A stretch of 64,000 nucleotides of DNA from an uncultured Gemmatimonadales bacterium (GTDB lineage Bacteria > Gemmatimonadota > Gemmatimonadetes > Longimicrobiales > RSA9): contig OY970192.1 of NCBI GenBank assembly GCA_963708135.1, positions 1,888,001-1,952,000 on the forward strand. The letters run 5' to 3'. Every line of letters begins with the position of its first letter. Position 1 is the first letter of the stretch. Under the pieces are notes generated by a model that did no database searches, had not been told where the DNA came from, and worked only from the letters and a program-made list of their open reading frames with translations. Of this stretch, positions 19,942 to 28,333 are shown piece after piece. A program made the translations under genes and the position numbers.

Positions 19942-21167
19942 GAGAGCACCTCCGACAGGATGGCGAGCCCCGTCTCCAGTTCGGACTCCGAGATCGAAAG
20001 CGGGGGAAGCAGCCGGACCACCTTCTCACCCGCCGAGATGACCAGCAGGCCCCGCTCGAGCGCAGCCGCGATGAGCGGCGCGGCCGGGACCGAGAGCTCG
20101 ATGCCCCACATGAGACCCCGCCCGCGCACGGCCACGACCGGACCGCCGCCCGCGCGCAGCGCCTCCAGCGCCGCCGCAACGCGTGCTCCGCGGGCACGCA
20201 CGTCCGCCAGGAACGCCGGCGCCGCCACTCGCCCAATGACCTCCAGCGCCACCCGCGAGACGAGAGGGCCGCCGCCGAAGGTGGTCGCGTGATCTCCGGG
20301 CTGGATGGCCGACGCGATCTCCTCCGTCAGCAGCACGGCCCCCATCGGCAGTCCGCCCGCCAGCGGCTTGGCCAGCGTCAGCAGGTCCGGCCGCACGCCC
20401 GAGGCCTCGTAGGCGAACAGGTGGCCGGTCCGGCCGAGCCCGCACTGCACCTCGTCGAAGATGAGCGCGGCCCCGGCCTCGTCCGCCAGCGCGCGCAGGA
20501 ACGCCAGCCACGCATCCGGCAGCGGATGGATCCCGCCCTCGCCCTGCACCGGCTCGGCGATGATCGCCGCCGTGCGCTCCGCCGAGACCGCGGCCCGCGC
20601 GCCCGCCTCGTCGCCCACCTCGATGAAGCGGACGCCCGGCATCAGCGGCGCGAAGGGCGCCTGGTAGCCGGGCCGGTCCGTCGCGGCGAGCGAGCCGAAG
20701 AGGCGGCCGTGGAAGGCACCGCGCAGGGCGACGATCTCGTGCCTGGCCTCGCCGCCGCGCGCCCGCGCCCACCGGCGCGCGAACTTGAACGCCGCCTCGT
20801 TGGCCTCCGCCCCCGAGTTGCAGAAGAACACGCGGTCCGCGAACGAGCGCGCCACGAGCTCCGCCGCCAGCTCGGCGGCCGGCCGCGTGCGGTACAGGTT
20901 CGAGAGGTGGATGATCCCGGACGACACGGCCGTCGCGAACGCCTCCGCGATCCCGTCGTCGCCGTAGCCCAGCGCGTTCACGCCGATCCCGGCCGTGAAG
21001 TCCACGTACTCCCGGCCCGCCTCGTCGTAGAGCCGCGCGCCCTCGCCCCACGAGAACTCCGGCGCCGCCGGGCGGTAGACACCGAGCAGCGCAGCGCGGG
21101 AATCCGAAGCCGTCGCCGACGCGGGCGCCGCCGCCCCGTGGGAGGCCACCTTCAGCTTCGTCGTCAC
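19938..21167 (-). CDS. argD: Acetylornithine aminotransferase
   Basis: [52 protein letters not shown]; its GTG overlaps the argB stop. Confidence 0.93.
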   Translation of the reverse strand: MTTKLKVASHGAAAPASATASDSRAALLGVYRPAAPEFSWGEGARLYDEAGREYVDFTAGIGVNALGYGDDGIAEAFATAVSSGIIHLSNLYRTRPAAELAAELVARSFADRVFFCNSGAEANEAAFKFARRWARARGGEARHEIVALRGAFHGRLFGSLAATDRPGYQAPFAPLMPGVRFIEVGDEAGARAAVSAERTAAIIAEPVQGEGGIHPLPDAWLAFLRALADEAGAALIFDEVQCGLGRTGHLFAYEASGVRPDLLTLAKPLAGGLPMGAVLLTEEIASAIQPGDHATTFGGGPLVSRVALEVIGRVAAPAFLADVRARGARVAAALEALRAGGGPVVAVRGRGLMWGIELSVPAAPLIAAALERGLLVISAGEKVVRLLPPLSISESELETGLAILSEVLS

Positions 21168-21922
21168 GCCGCCACCTCCACCGCCGGCCGCAGCGCGGTC
21201 CCGGCCGTCAGGTCCGTGAGCATCTCGAGACCGCCGATGCGCACCAGGGGCACCCCGGCCTCCAGGGCCGCCAGCGCGGACCGCACCTTCACCGCCATGC
21301 CGCCCGTGGCGACTCCGGCCGCGAGCAGCTCGGCCGCCTCGCTCGACGACAGACAGGCCCGCCAGTCCCTCCCGTCGTGCACTCCCGCCACGTCCGTCAG
21401 GAAGAGAAGCTCGGCCGCCCCCACTGCCACGCCGACCCCCGCCGCCACCTCGTCCGCGTTCACGTTCAGCGAGCCATCCTCGCCCCGCGAGATCGGCGAC
21501 ACCACGGGCGTGTGCCCGTGCGCCAGCAGGAGCTCCAGCAGCTGCGCCCGCACACCGCGAAGCTCGCCCACCCGGCCCAGCACGCCGCCATCCCGGGCGC
21601 TCGCCGCCAGCAGGCCGCCATCCTCCCCGGAGAGACCCACCGCATCCACGCCCGCGCCGAGCAGCGCCGCCACCACCCGCTTGTTGACCCGCCCGTTCAG
21701 CACCATGGCCGCCACGTCCAGCATCTCTGGCGTCGTCACCCGCCGGCCATCCACCCACGAGACCGGGATCGCCAGCCTCTCCGCCAGCCCGCTGATCTCC
21801 GGCCCACCGCCGTGCACCACCACCAGCGGACGCGCCGCCTCCCCCGCATGCGCCGCGAAGCGGGCCAGCCACTCGGCGTCACCCAGCACGCTCCCACCGA
21901 TCTTCACCACGAAAGGAGTCAC
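21164..21922 (-). CDS. argB: Acetylglutamate kinase
   Basis: VVKIGG, VHGGGP, GRRVT, NVNAD, LTDVAG, GGMAVK. Confidence 0.93.
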   Translation of the reverse strand: MTPFVVKIGGSVLGDAEWLARFAAHAGEAARPLVVVHGGGPEISGLAERLAIPVSWVDGRRVTTPEMLDVAAMVLNGRVNKRVVAALLGAGVDAVGLSGEDGGLLAASARDGGVLGRVGELRGVRAQLLELLLAHGHTPVVSPISRGEDGSLNVNADEVAAGVGVAVGAAELLFLTDVAGVHDGRDWRACLSSSEAAELLAAGVATGGMAVKVRSALAALEAGVPLVRIGGLEMLTDLTAGTALRPAVEVAA

Positions 21923-22887
21923 AGCGGCAGACCCTCCAGCTCGTCGAAGCCCAGCATCAGGTTCGCGTTCTGCACGGCCTGGCCGGCCGCGCCCTTCACG
22001 AGGTTGTCGATCGATACCACCACCAGCAACGTCGGCGCATCCACGGACACGTCCGAGAAGCCCACCACCGCCACGTTCCGGCCCACGCTAGCCCTCAGAC
22101 CCGGCGTCCCCTCCCGCCACACCTCCACGCACGGCTCGTCGCCGTATGCGTCCCCCCATGCCGCCGCCGCCTCCGCCGCCGAGAACGGCGCCCGCAGCGG
22201 CAGCACCATCGTCGCCAGGATCCCGCGCCGCACCGGCAGCAGGTGCGGCGTGAAGACGAACGGAACCGCCGCCCCGTCGCCGAGCCGCGCCAGACCGGCC
22301 CGGATCTCCGGCACGTGCCGGTGGCGGTTGCCGACGCCGTACGCCCGGTAGTCCTCCGCCACCTCGCCGAACAGCATGTCGCGCTTCGCCGCCCGCCCCG
22401 CGCCCGTCACGCCCGAGGCCGCATCGATCACCACCGCACGCCCCTCCTCCAGCAGCCCGAACCGCGCCGCCGGCGCCAACCCCAGCAGGATCGCCGTCGG
22501 GTAGCACCCCGGATTCGCCACCACGTCCGCTCCCGCCACCTCGTCCCGCCACAGCTCCGTCAGCCCGTAGACCGCGCCCGACGAGCCATCCCGCAGGTCC
22601 GCCGAGAGATCCACCACCTTCGTGCCCGCGCGCGCCGCCCGCTCCGCCCACGCGCCCGACTCCCCCGTCGGCAGACACGTGAACACCACGTCTACCTCGC
22701 CCAGCGGCGCCTCGGCCACCGGGATGTAACGGAGCCCGCTCCCCGCGACGGCCGCGCCCGTCTCCGACTCGGACGTGGCGAAGCCCGCCTCCAGGCGCGG
22801 GTGGCGGCGCAAAAGGGCCAGGATCTCCTGGCCCGAGTAGCCGGTTGCCCCGACCACACCGGCCCGGGCAGCGCGTTTATTCATCAT
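21919..22887 (-). CDS. argC: N-acetyl-gamma-glutamyl-phosphate reductase
   Basis: GATGYSG, DLSADLR, ANPGCY, SGVTGAGR, HRHVPEI, DNLVKGAAGQAVQN. Confidence 0.95.
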   Translation of the reverse strand: MMNKRAARAGVVGATGYSGQEILALLRRHPRLEAGFATSESETGAAVAGSGLRYIPVAEAPLGEVDVVFTCLPTGESGAWAERAARAGTKVVDLSADLRDGSSGAVYGLTELWRDEVAGADVVANPGCYPTAILLGLAPAARFGLLEEGRAVVIDAASGVTGAGRAAKRDMLFGEVAEDYRAYGVGNRHRHVPEIRAGLARLGDGAAVPFVFTPHLLPVRRGILATMVLPLRAPFSAAEAAAAWGDAYGDEPCVEVWREGTPGLRASVGRNVAVVGFSDVSVDAPTLLVVVSIDNLVKGAAGQAVQNANLMLGFDELEGLPL

Positions 22888-22926
22888 TCTTGCATAATTA
22901 TACAACCCGCCGGCGCGCGCGGTCAA
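22868..22926 (-). promoter_or_regulatory. arg operon promoter with ARG boxes
   Basis: TTGACC-N18-TATAAT on the minus strand. ARG box TGCATAATTATACA (22891-22904) covers the -10, and a second weaker box (..TTTATTCA) lies 21 bp away over the argC start. argR is adjacent. Confidence 0.85.
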
Positions 22927-23134
22927 GGGTCGAGCGATGCCTGCGCCCTGCGGACGGAGCAGGCGGCGAGGGCCCTGGCCGGGGACGGCGGTGCCGAGGA
23001 GAAGATATTCAGGGGGGGTCCGTCACCGCGCGTGTGGCGTGAGGCCCACGCGTGAGCGCTCGGCGGTGGTCCGGCTTTGCCGGGAGTGCGGGCAGGAGCG
23101 GCCGGGGCGGCGTGCTCGCGGGCGGAGCGGGGCG

Positions 23135-23593
23135 TCAGTCCCGGAGTCCGGCGAGCTCCTCGATGCGGGTCTGGACGGTGGCGAGGTGGGCGGCGTCGCG
23201 GAGGACGACGAGGATGGTGTCGTCGCCTGCGATGGTTCCGAGGACCTCGGGCCATTCCTCCCAGTCGAGGGCGACGGCGACGGGTTGGGCACCGCCCTGA
23301 AGGGTGCGGACGATGAGGAGGTTGCCTGTGCCCTCGGCGTCGACCAGGAGGGTGCCGAGCAGGCGCTCGAGGGGAGGCGTCTGCTCCCACTCCTCGGGGG
23401 GAAGCGTGTAGTGGGTGCCGCCCTCGGCGTCGGGCACCTTGATCAGGCGGAGCTCGCGGATGTCGCGGGAGAGGGTGGCCTGCGTGACGTCCACGCCGCG
23501 CTCGGCGAGTGCCTCGCGGAGGTGCTCCTGGCTGGTGAAGCGGTTGCTGCGGACCAGCTCTCGGATGGCGATGTGGCGCTCGTACTTGGCCAT
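23135..23593 (-). CDS. argR: Arginine repressor
   Basis: VTQATLSRDIRELRLIKV, GTIAGDDTIL. Confidence 0.96.
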   Translation of the reverse strand: MAKYERHIAIRELVRSNRFTSQEHLREALAERGVDVTQATLSRDIRELRLIKVPDAEGGTHYTLPPEEWEQTPPLERLLGTLLVDAEGTGNLLIVRTLQGGAQPVAVALDWEEWPEVLGTIAGDDTILVVLRDAAHLATVQTRIEELAGLRD

Positions 23594-23620
23594 GGGCTCC
23601 GGGGGTGGGTCGGGCCGCGC

Positions 23621-24082
23621 TCAGGCGGGCACGACGTAGACGTAGCCGAGCAGCCCGCCGTAGAGGACGTGGGCGAGCACGATGGCGATCGGGGTGGCGG
23701 CGCCGAGGTTCCTGCCGAAGAAGCCGGGGTGCACGCCGTCCGGGGCGCAGCGGGCGCCGCGCGCGAGCCAGGGCAGCGCCGCGCCGGCGGCGAGGGCGTG
23801 GAGCCCGCCGAGCAGGATGCCGAGCCCGGCATCCGCGCGCCCGGCGCGGGCGAAGACGAGCGCGTAGCCGGCCGGGAAGACGAAGGTGCCGAGGCCGAGG
23901 TGGAGGCCGAGGCCGACGGCGGCGGACAGCCAGCGAGGTCGGGCCACGACCAGGCAGCCGAGCAGTCGCGCGGGACGCAGGCGGGTGATCCCGCTGCCGG
24001 CGGCCACGGCGGCCACCCAGGTCACCGCGAGCGTGGCGGCCAGGCCGGACCAGGCGAGCAGCGTCCAGGCGACGTCGGTCAT
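23621..24082 (-). CDS. Hypothetical membrane protein (4 TM, conserved His residues)
   Basis: Hydrophobic segments with LHLGLG, LHAL, PGFFG and AHVLYG; co-oriented just upstream of argR. Confidence 0.65.
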   Translation of the reverse strand: MTDVAWTLLAWSGLAATLAVTWVAAVAAGSGITRLRPARLLGCLVVARPRWLSAAVGLGLHLGLGTFVFPAGYALVFARAGRADAGLGILLGGLHALAAGAALPWLARGARCAPDGVHPGFFGRNLGAATPIAIVLAHVLYGGLLGYVYVVPA

Positions 24083-24245
24083 CGTCCGTCCAGGGGCCTC
24101 GGGAGAGAGATCGGGCCGACGCGGGGCCCGTTCGGCGCGCGACGAAGCTACCGCGCGGCTCCGCGCCCCGGCAACCCGGGCGGGCGGCGCGGCCCACGCG
24201 GCGTGAAGCTTGCCACGGAGGCGGCGGCGCTTCTTCGGGGGAGGA

Positions 24246-25106
24246 ATGAACGAGCGGATCCTGGCGGTCAACCAGTGGGTGATCGGAGTCTTCTACGGCG
24301 TGCAGGAGTACTTCACGCTGGGAGGCCGCGCGCTGAGATTCGCCTTCAGCCGGCCCTTCTACTTCCGGGACCTGCTCCGGCAGATGGACCAGATCGGCGT
24401 CGGCTCCCTGCCGCCGCTCATCCTGACCGGGATGTTTACCGGGATGGTGCTGGCGCTCCAGACCGCCGTGCAGCTCCAGCTGATCGGCGCGGAGTCGCTG
24501 CTCGGCAACCTGGTGGGCGAGGCGCTGATCCGGGAGGCGGCGCCGGTGCTGTCAGCGCTCATGATCGCCGGCCGCGTCGCCTCGGGCATCGCCGCGGAGC
24601 TCGGCGCGATGCGCGTGAGCGAGCAGATCGACGCGCTCCAGACGTTCGGCACCGATCCGATCCGCAAGCTCGTCACCCCCCGCATCCTGGCCGGCATGAT
24701 CATGGTCCCGGTGCTCACCATCATCACCGTGGCCATCGGCGCCTTCGGTGGCCTCATCGTGGCGGTCCTGAAGGGGGTCGTGGCGCCGGACGTCTACGTC
24801 AACGGCGTCATCAGCGCGCTGGCGCGCAAGGACTTCATCTTCGGCTTCTTCCCGCTGATCCTGCTGCTGGTCATCGTGAAGCCGCTCGTCTTCGGGCTGA
24901 TCATCACCCTCTCCGGCGCCTACTACGGCCTCGAGGCGAGCGGCGGCGGCGAGGGCGTGGGCCGCGCCACCACGCGCGCCATGGTCCTCTCCTTCGTCCT
25001 CATCCTGGTCAGCGACTTCTTCCTGACCTTCGTGCTGTCGACGCTCTTCAACCTGATCCGCTACGGCGGGCTCAAGCACCCGGGCAACGCGAGCGCGGGC
25101 GCCTGA
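24246..25106 (+). CDS. mlaE: MlaE-family ABC transporter permease
   Basis: IGVGSLP, FTGMVLALQ, REAAPV, AGRVASGIAAELGAMRVSEQIDAL, GVGRATT. Confidence 0.9.
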   Translation: MNERILAVNQWVIGVFYGVQEYFTLGGRALRFAFSRPFYFRDLLRQMDQIGVGSLPPLILTGMFTGMVLALQTAVQLQLIGAESLLGNLVGEALIREAAPVLSALMIAGRVASGIAAELGAMRVSEQIDALQTFGTDPIRKLVTPRILAGMIMVPVLTIITVAIGAFGGLIVAVLKGVVAPDVYVNGVISALARKDFIFGFFPLILLLVIVKPLVFGLIITLSGAYYGLEASGGGEGVGRATTRAMVLSFVLILVSDFFLTFVLSTLFNLIRYGGLKHPGNASAGA

Positions 25107-25183
25107 GCCGGGCCATGGCGCGCTGGCCGGCCGATTGCAGTTGATGCGTTCGCCACCAGGCGATGTCCCTCGGAGGAAGAACC

Positions 25184-25753
25184 GTGGCAGAGGTCCTCGT
25201 CCGTTTCGACCGCGTCGTGACCGCGCAGGACGGCAGCGCCCATGCGGCACGCGTGTGCGGCCGGGAGCTGGAGAGCGGACAGTGGGAGGGCTGGATCGAG
25301 TTCGACCCGCGGGAGGGCGGCGGCGTCACGCTGCGGACGCCGCGTGAGACCGTGCAGCCCAACCGCGCCGATCTCGAGTACTGGGCCACCGGTCTCACAC
25401 TCACCTATCTACAGGGCGCGCTGGAGCGGGCCCGCCGCCCGGCCGCCGCCGCGCGCCCTGCCGCGCTGGTTCCGGAACGGCCCGCCTATGATGGGCCCGC
25501 CGTCCCTCCGGCCCCGGTCCCCTGGCCGACAGCCACGCCACCCCGGCGCGCGCCGCTCCTGGATCCGTACGCCGTCTACACGCAGGGAGAGAACGTGCTG
25601 CGGCGCGAGCTGCTCGCCCTGGATGAGGCGCGGCTCCGTGACATCGTGTGGGCCTACGACCTGGTGGGAGAGGTGGAGTGGGACGAGCGCGCCGCGGACC
25701 GGCGTGCGCTGGCGGAGATGATCATCGCCGCCATCCGGAAGAACGCCGGCTGA
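25184..25753 (+). CDS. Hypothetical protein
   Basis: GGAGG SD before GTG 25184; ordered-looking sequence (WEGWIEF, RETVQPN, YWATGL, LDPYAVY). Confidence 0.7.
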   Translation: MAEVLVRFDRVVTAQDGSAHAARVCGRELESGQWEGWIEFDPREGGGVTLRTPRETVQPNRADLEYWATGLTLTYLQGALERARRPAAAARPAALVPERPAYDGPAVPPAPVPWPTATPPRRAPLLDPYAVYTQGENVLRRELLALDEARLRDIVWAYDLVGEVEWDERAADRRALAEMIIAAIRKNAG

Positions 25754-25846
25754 GCGCGCGCTCCACCTCGCCGCGATCGCGGCGCGCTGGCCGTATGGCC
25801 GATGGAACGCCGGCTCCTCACCTCCTGAGGGAATGTTGCCGCCGCC

Positions 25847-25885
25847 AAGCCAGACGGCCATCCGGATCGGATGGCCGTCTGGCTT
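25847..25885. terminator. Perfect 18-bp inverted repeat just 3' of tRNA-Cys (probable bidirectional terminator)
   Basis: AAGCCAGACGGCCATCCG-GAT-CGGATGGCCGTCTGGCTT, between convergent transcripts. Confidence 0.65.
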
Positions 25886-25887
25886 AG

Positions 25888-25959
<72 letters not shown>

Positions 25960-25997
25960 GTAACGGGCGGGGCGACCCCCGGGGGGCCGCGCCGGAG

Positions 25998-26070
25998 ATC
26001 GGGAAACCGGACTCGAACCGGCGACCTTCTGCATGGCAAGCAGACGCTCTGCCAACTGAGCTATTCCCGC
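25998..26070 (-). tRNA. tRNA-Gly (GCC), with G1-A72 mismatch
   Basis: GCGGGAATAGCTCAGTTGG, anticodon arm TCTGC-TTGCCAT-GCAGA, GTTCGAGTC; the 3' strand reads TTCCCGA-T. Confidence 0.88.
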
Positions 26071-26209
26071 GCTTCGACAGTTGGGGAAGCTAGCCGTCCT
26101 CGGCGATGCGGTCAACCGCCCGGCCGCGGCCGCGTTCCGGCACGGCGGCGCCTGCCGGGCGCCGGACGGGCGCCGGAGCGGATCCTCGCGCGCGTTCGCC
26201 GATGGGGGC

Positions 26210-28135
26210 TCAACGCCCAGTCTCCTGCGAGGCTTCCCAGAGCGCGAACGCCAGGAGCCCCGCCAGGCCGGCGGCGTGGAGCCCGGCCAGCGCCTGCCCG
26301 GTCTCCGGATCGTAGCGGTCGCAGGCCAGGCCGCCGTCGAGCGGCATTTCGAGCAGACGGGGCAACGTCTCTTCGGGCCTCGCGAGCAGCGCCGCGCAGA
26401 GCACGGCCAGGTGCGCCTCGCGAGGGTGGGCCCGGGAGCCGAGGCCGCCGAAGCGGCCGTCGAGCCAGAACGGGTTCCGCTGCGAGCGCAGCAGCTCGAG
26501 CGTGTTGCGCCAGATCGGGTCGTCCGCGGGGCAGAAGCCGAGCGAGGGCAGGAGCTCGAGGGTGCCGGCCGGATCGTCGTAGACCGCGGCCTCGCCCTCC
26601 AGGTCGGAGGACCACGCGAGGACCCTGAGTCCCTCGACCTCCGTTGGGAAGCGCTGCCAGATGGCCGAGGCGATCTCCTCCGCCCGGCCAGAGAGCGCCG
26701 GCCGGTCCGCGGCGTCGCGCGCGCGCCAGACGCGGTCCAGCGCCCGCGAGAACTGCCACAGCCGGACGTTGTCGTAGGCGACGAAGGGGTGATCGGCGGC
26801 GTCGCCTGACGGCAGCAGCTCGGTGCCAGCGAGGAAGACGTCGGGGTGGAGCTCGTCGTAGGCGGCGGCGTCGAGCTCCCGCAGCACCTCCTGCACGACC
26901 GGCTCCTCCAGCACGCTCTCGTCCCGGCTCTCCCGGACGTAGCTGTCGAGGGCGATGCCGTAGGCGCAGAGCTGGTCCAGCAGGAACCCCGGCGCGAGCA
27001 CGCCGCCGTCCAGGTAGTGGACGTGCTCGCCCGCCCGGTGGGCGTACTGCTCGAAGGCGCGCAGCAGCACCTCGCGGGCGAGCGGCGGATCCGCCAGAAG
27101 CAACCCGGGCTGGCTCCAGAGGAGCGCGTCCCGCTCCCGGAACACCGCGCTCTCGCCGTGCAGCGACGACCGGGAGACCACCGGATAGAGACGGTCATCG
27201 TCGATCGCGCGGCCGATTGCGAAGAAGTAGTTGAGGAGCAGGTTCCGGTTCAGGCGCCGCGAAAGCTCCGGCGACGCGGTGGCGCGCATGAGGCCGGCCA
27301 GCTCGAGGCGCGCGCCGCGCACCACCTCCGTGGCGCCGATCCGGCGCAGCCGGGCGGCCACCGCCACCGCCCCGTCGCGCTCCGTCGCCACTCCGAGATG
27401 GAAGGCGAGCGCCACGCGCCGGCCGCGCGCGACCCGCACGCGCTGCGCGATCCGGAAGCGGAGCGCCTCGCCGTTGGCGCCCGCGAGGGTGGCCCCCGGC
27501 GCGGCCGGCTCGAGCGCAGCGTCCTCCCCGGCCGCCCAGACGGGGGACGCCGCTTCCCGGGATCCCAGCACGGCCAGCGCGGCGCCCGCCGCGGCCGTTC
27601 CCGCCTCCAGGACGACGGCGCCGCCCGGCGCCTGATGCAATCGGTTCCCGGCCTCGAGCGGACGCACGGTCGAGAGGGCACGCAGGCTCCAGCGCCAGCG
27701 GCCTTCGAGCGCGAGGAGCACCTCCCGCTCGGCGCTGCCGCGGTTCTCGAGCTCGAAGGCGTAGACGGCGCCATGGACAGTGGACTCCTGCCCGGGCGGC
27801 GCGCAGATCGTGCCCCGGACGCTCAGCCCTTCTGCGAGCTCCGCGCGGAAGCTCGGGATCCAGCGCTCGAAGTTCTCCCAGGAGAGCGCTGCCGGCGCGA
27901 CCGGCTCGCCATCGACCTCGAAGCGCGGAGCGAGGAGCGGCTCGGCCGGCGACTCCAGCGCAGGGTCGGCGGCCCATTCCACGAGCCCGTTAAGGCCGCG
28001 GTGCAGCACGTTGACCCGGTACACCGCCCCGTCCGCGAGGCCGATGCACGGCAGCGCGAGCGTGTGATTGCCCGTGAGTCCCCAGAGTGGCGGGGCCGTT
28101 TCGGTCCCCCGCTTCCGTCCCCGTCTGGCTGGCAT
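26210..28135 (-). CDS. GH125-like (alpha/alpha)6 glycoside hydrolase family protein
   Basis: Strong SD before ATG 28135. VSRS..SAVFRERDALLW, GFLLDQL, PSGD..HPFVAYDN and YDDPAGTL.LLP..GF resemble long-form GH125-like proteins. Confidence 0.6.
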   Translation of the reverse strand: MPARRGRKRGTETAPPLWGLTGNHTLALPCIGLADGAVYRVNVLHRGLNGLVEWAADPALESPAEPLLAPRFEVDGEPVAPAALSWENFERWIPSFRAELAEGLSVRGTICAPPGQESTVHGAVYAFELENRGSAEREVLLALEGRWRWSLRALSTVRPLEAGNRLHQAPGGAVVLEAGTAAAGAALAVLGSREAASPVWAAGEDAALEPAAPGATLAGANGEALRFRIAQRVRVARGRRVALAFHLGVATERDGAVAVAARLRRIGATEVVRGARLELAGLMRATASPELSRRLNRNLLLNYFFAIGRAIDDDRLYPVVSRSSLHGESAVFRERDALLWSQPGLLLADPPLAREVLLRAFEQYAHRAGEHVHYLDGGVLAPGFLLDQLCAYGIALDSYVRESRDESVLEEPVVQEVLRELDAAAYDELHPDVFLAGTELLPSGDAADHPFVAYDNVRLWQFSRALDRVWRARDAADRPALSGRAEEIASAIWQRFPTEVEGLRVLAWSSDLEGEAAVYDDPAGTLELLPSLGFCPADDPIWRNTLELLRSQRNPFWLDGRFGGLGSRAHPREAHLAVLCAALLARPEETLPRLLEMPLDGGLACDRYDPETGQALAGLHAAGLAGLLAFALWEASQETGR

Positions 28136-28249
28136 CGCCCCTCCTCCCTCCGCGAGCGGCCAAACATGCCCGCCCCGCGTGCGGCCGTCAACGTGGGGCC
28201 GCGGGGGCCGACGGGACGCCTCCGGCGCGCGGGCGGCCCGAGGAGATGC

Positions 28250-28279
28250 TTGACGGCCCGAAGACGCGCCCGGTATAGT
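28250..28279 (+). promoter_or_regulatory. sigma70-type promoter for the TonB-dependent receptor
   Basis: TTGACG-N18-TATAGT, about 55 nt upstream of ATG 28334. Confidence 0.65.
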
Positions 28280-28333
28280 GGGCGCGCTCACCCGTATGGC
28301 ACCCCTTTCCGGGCTGAAACGACGAGGTTTCCC

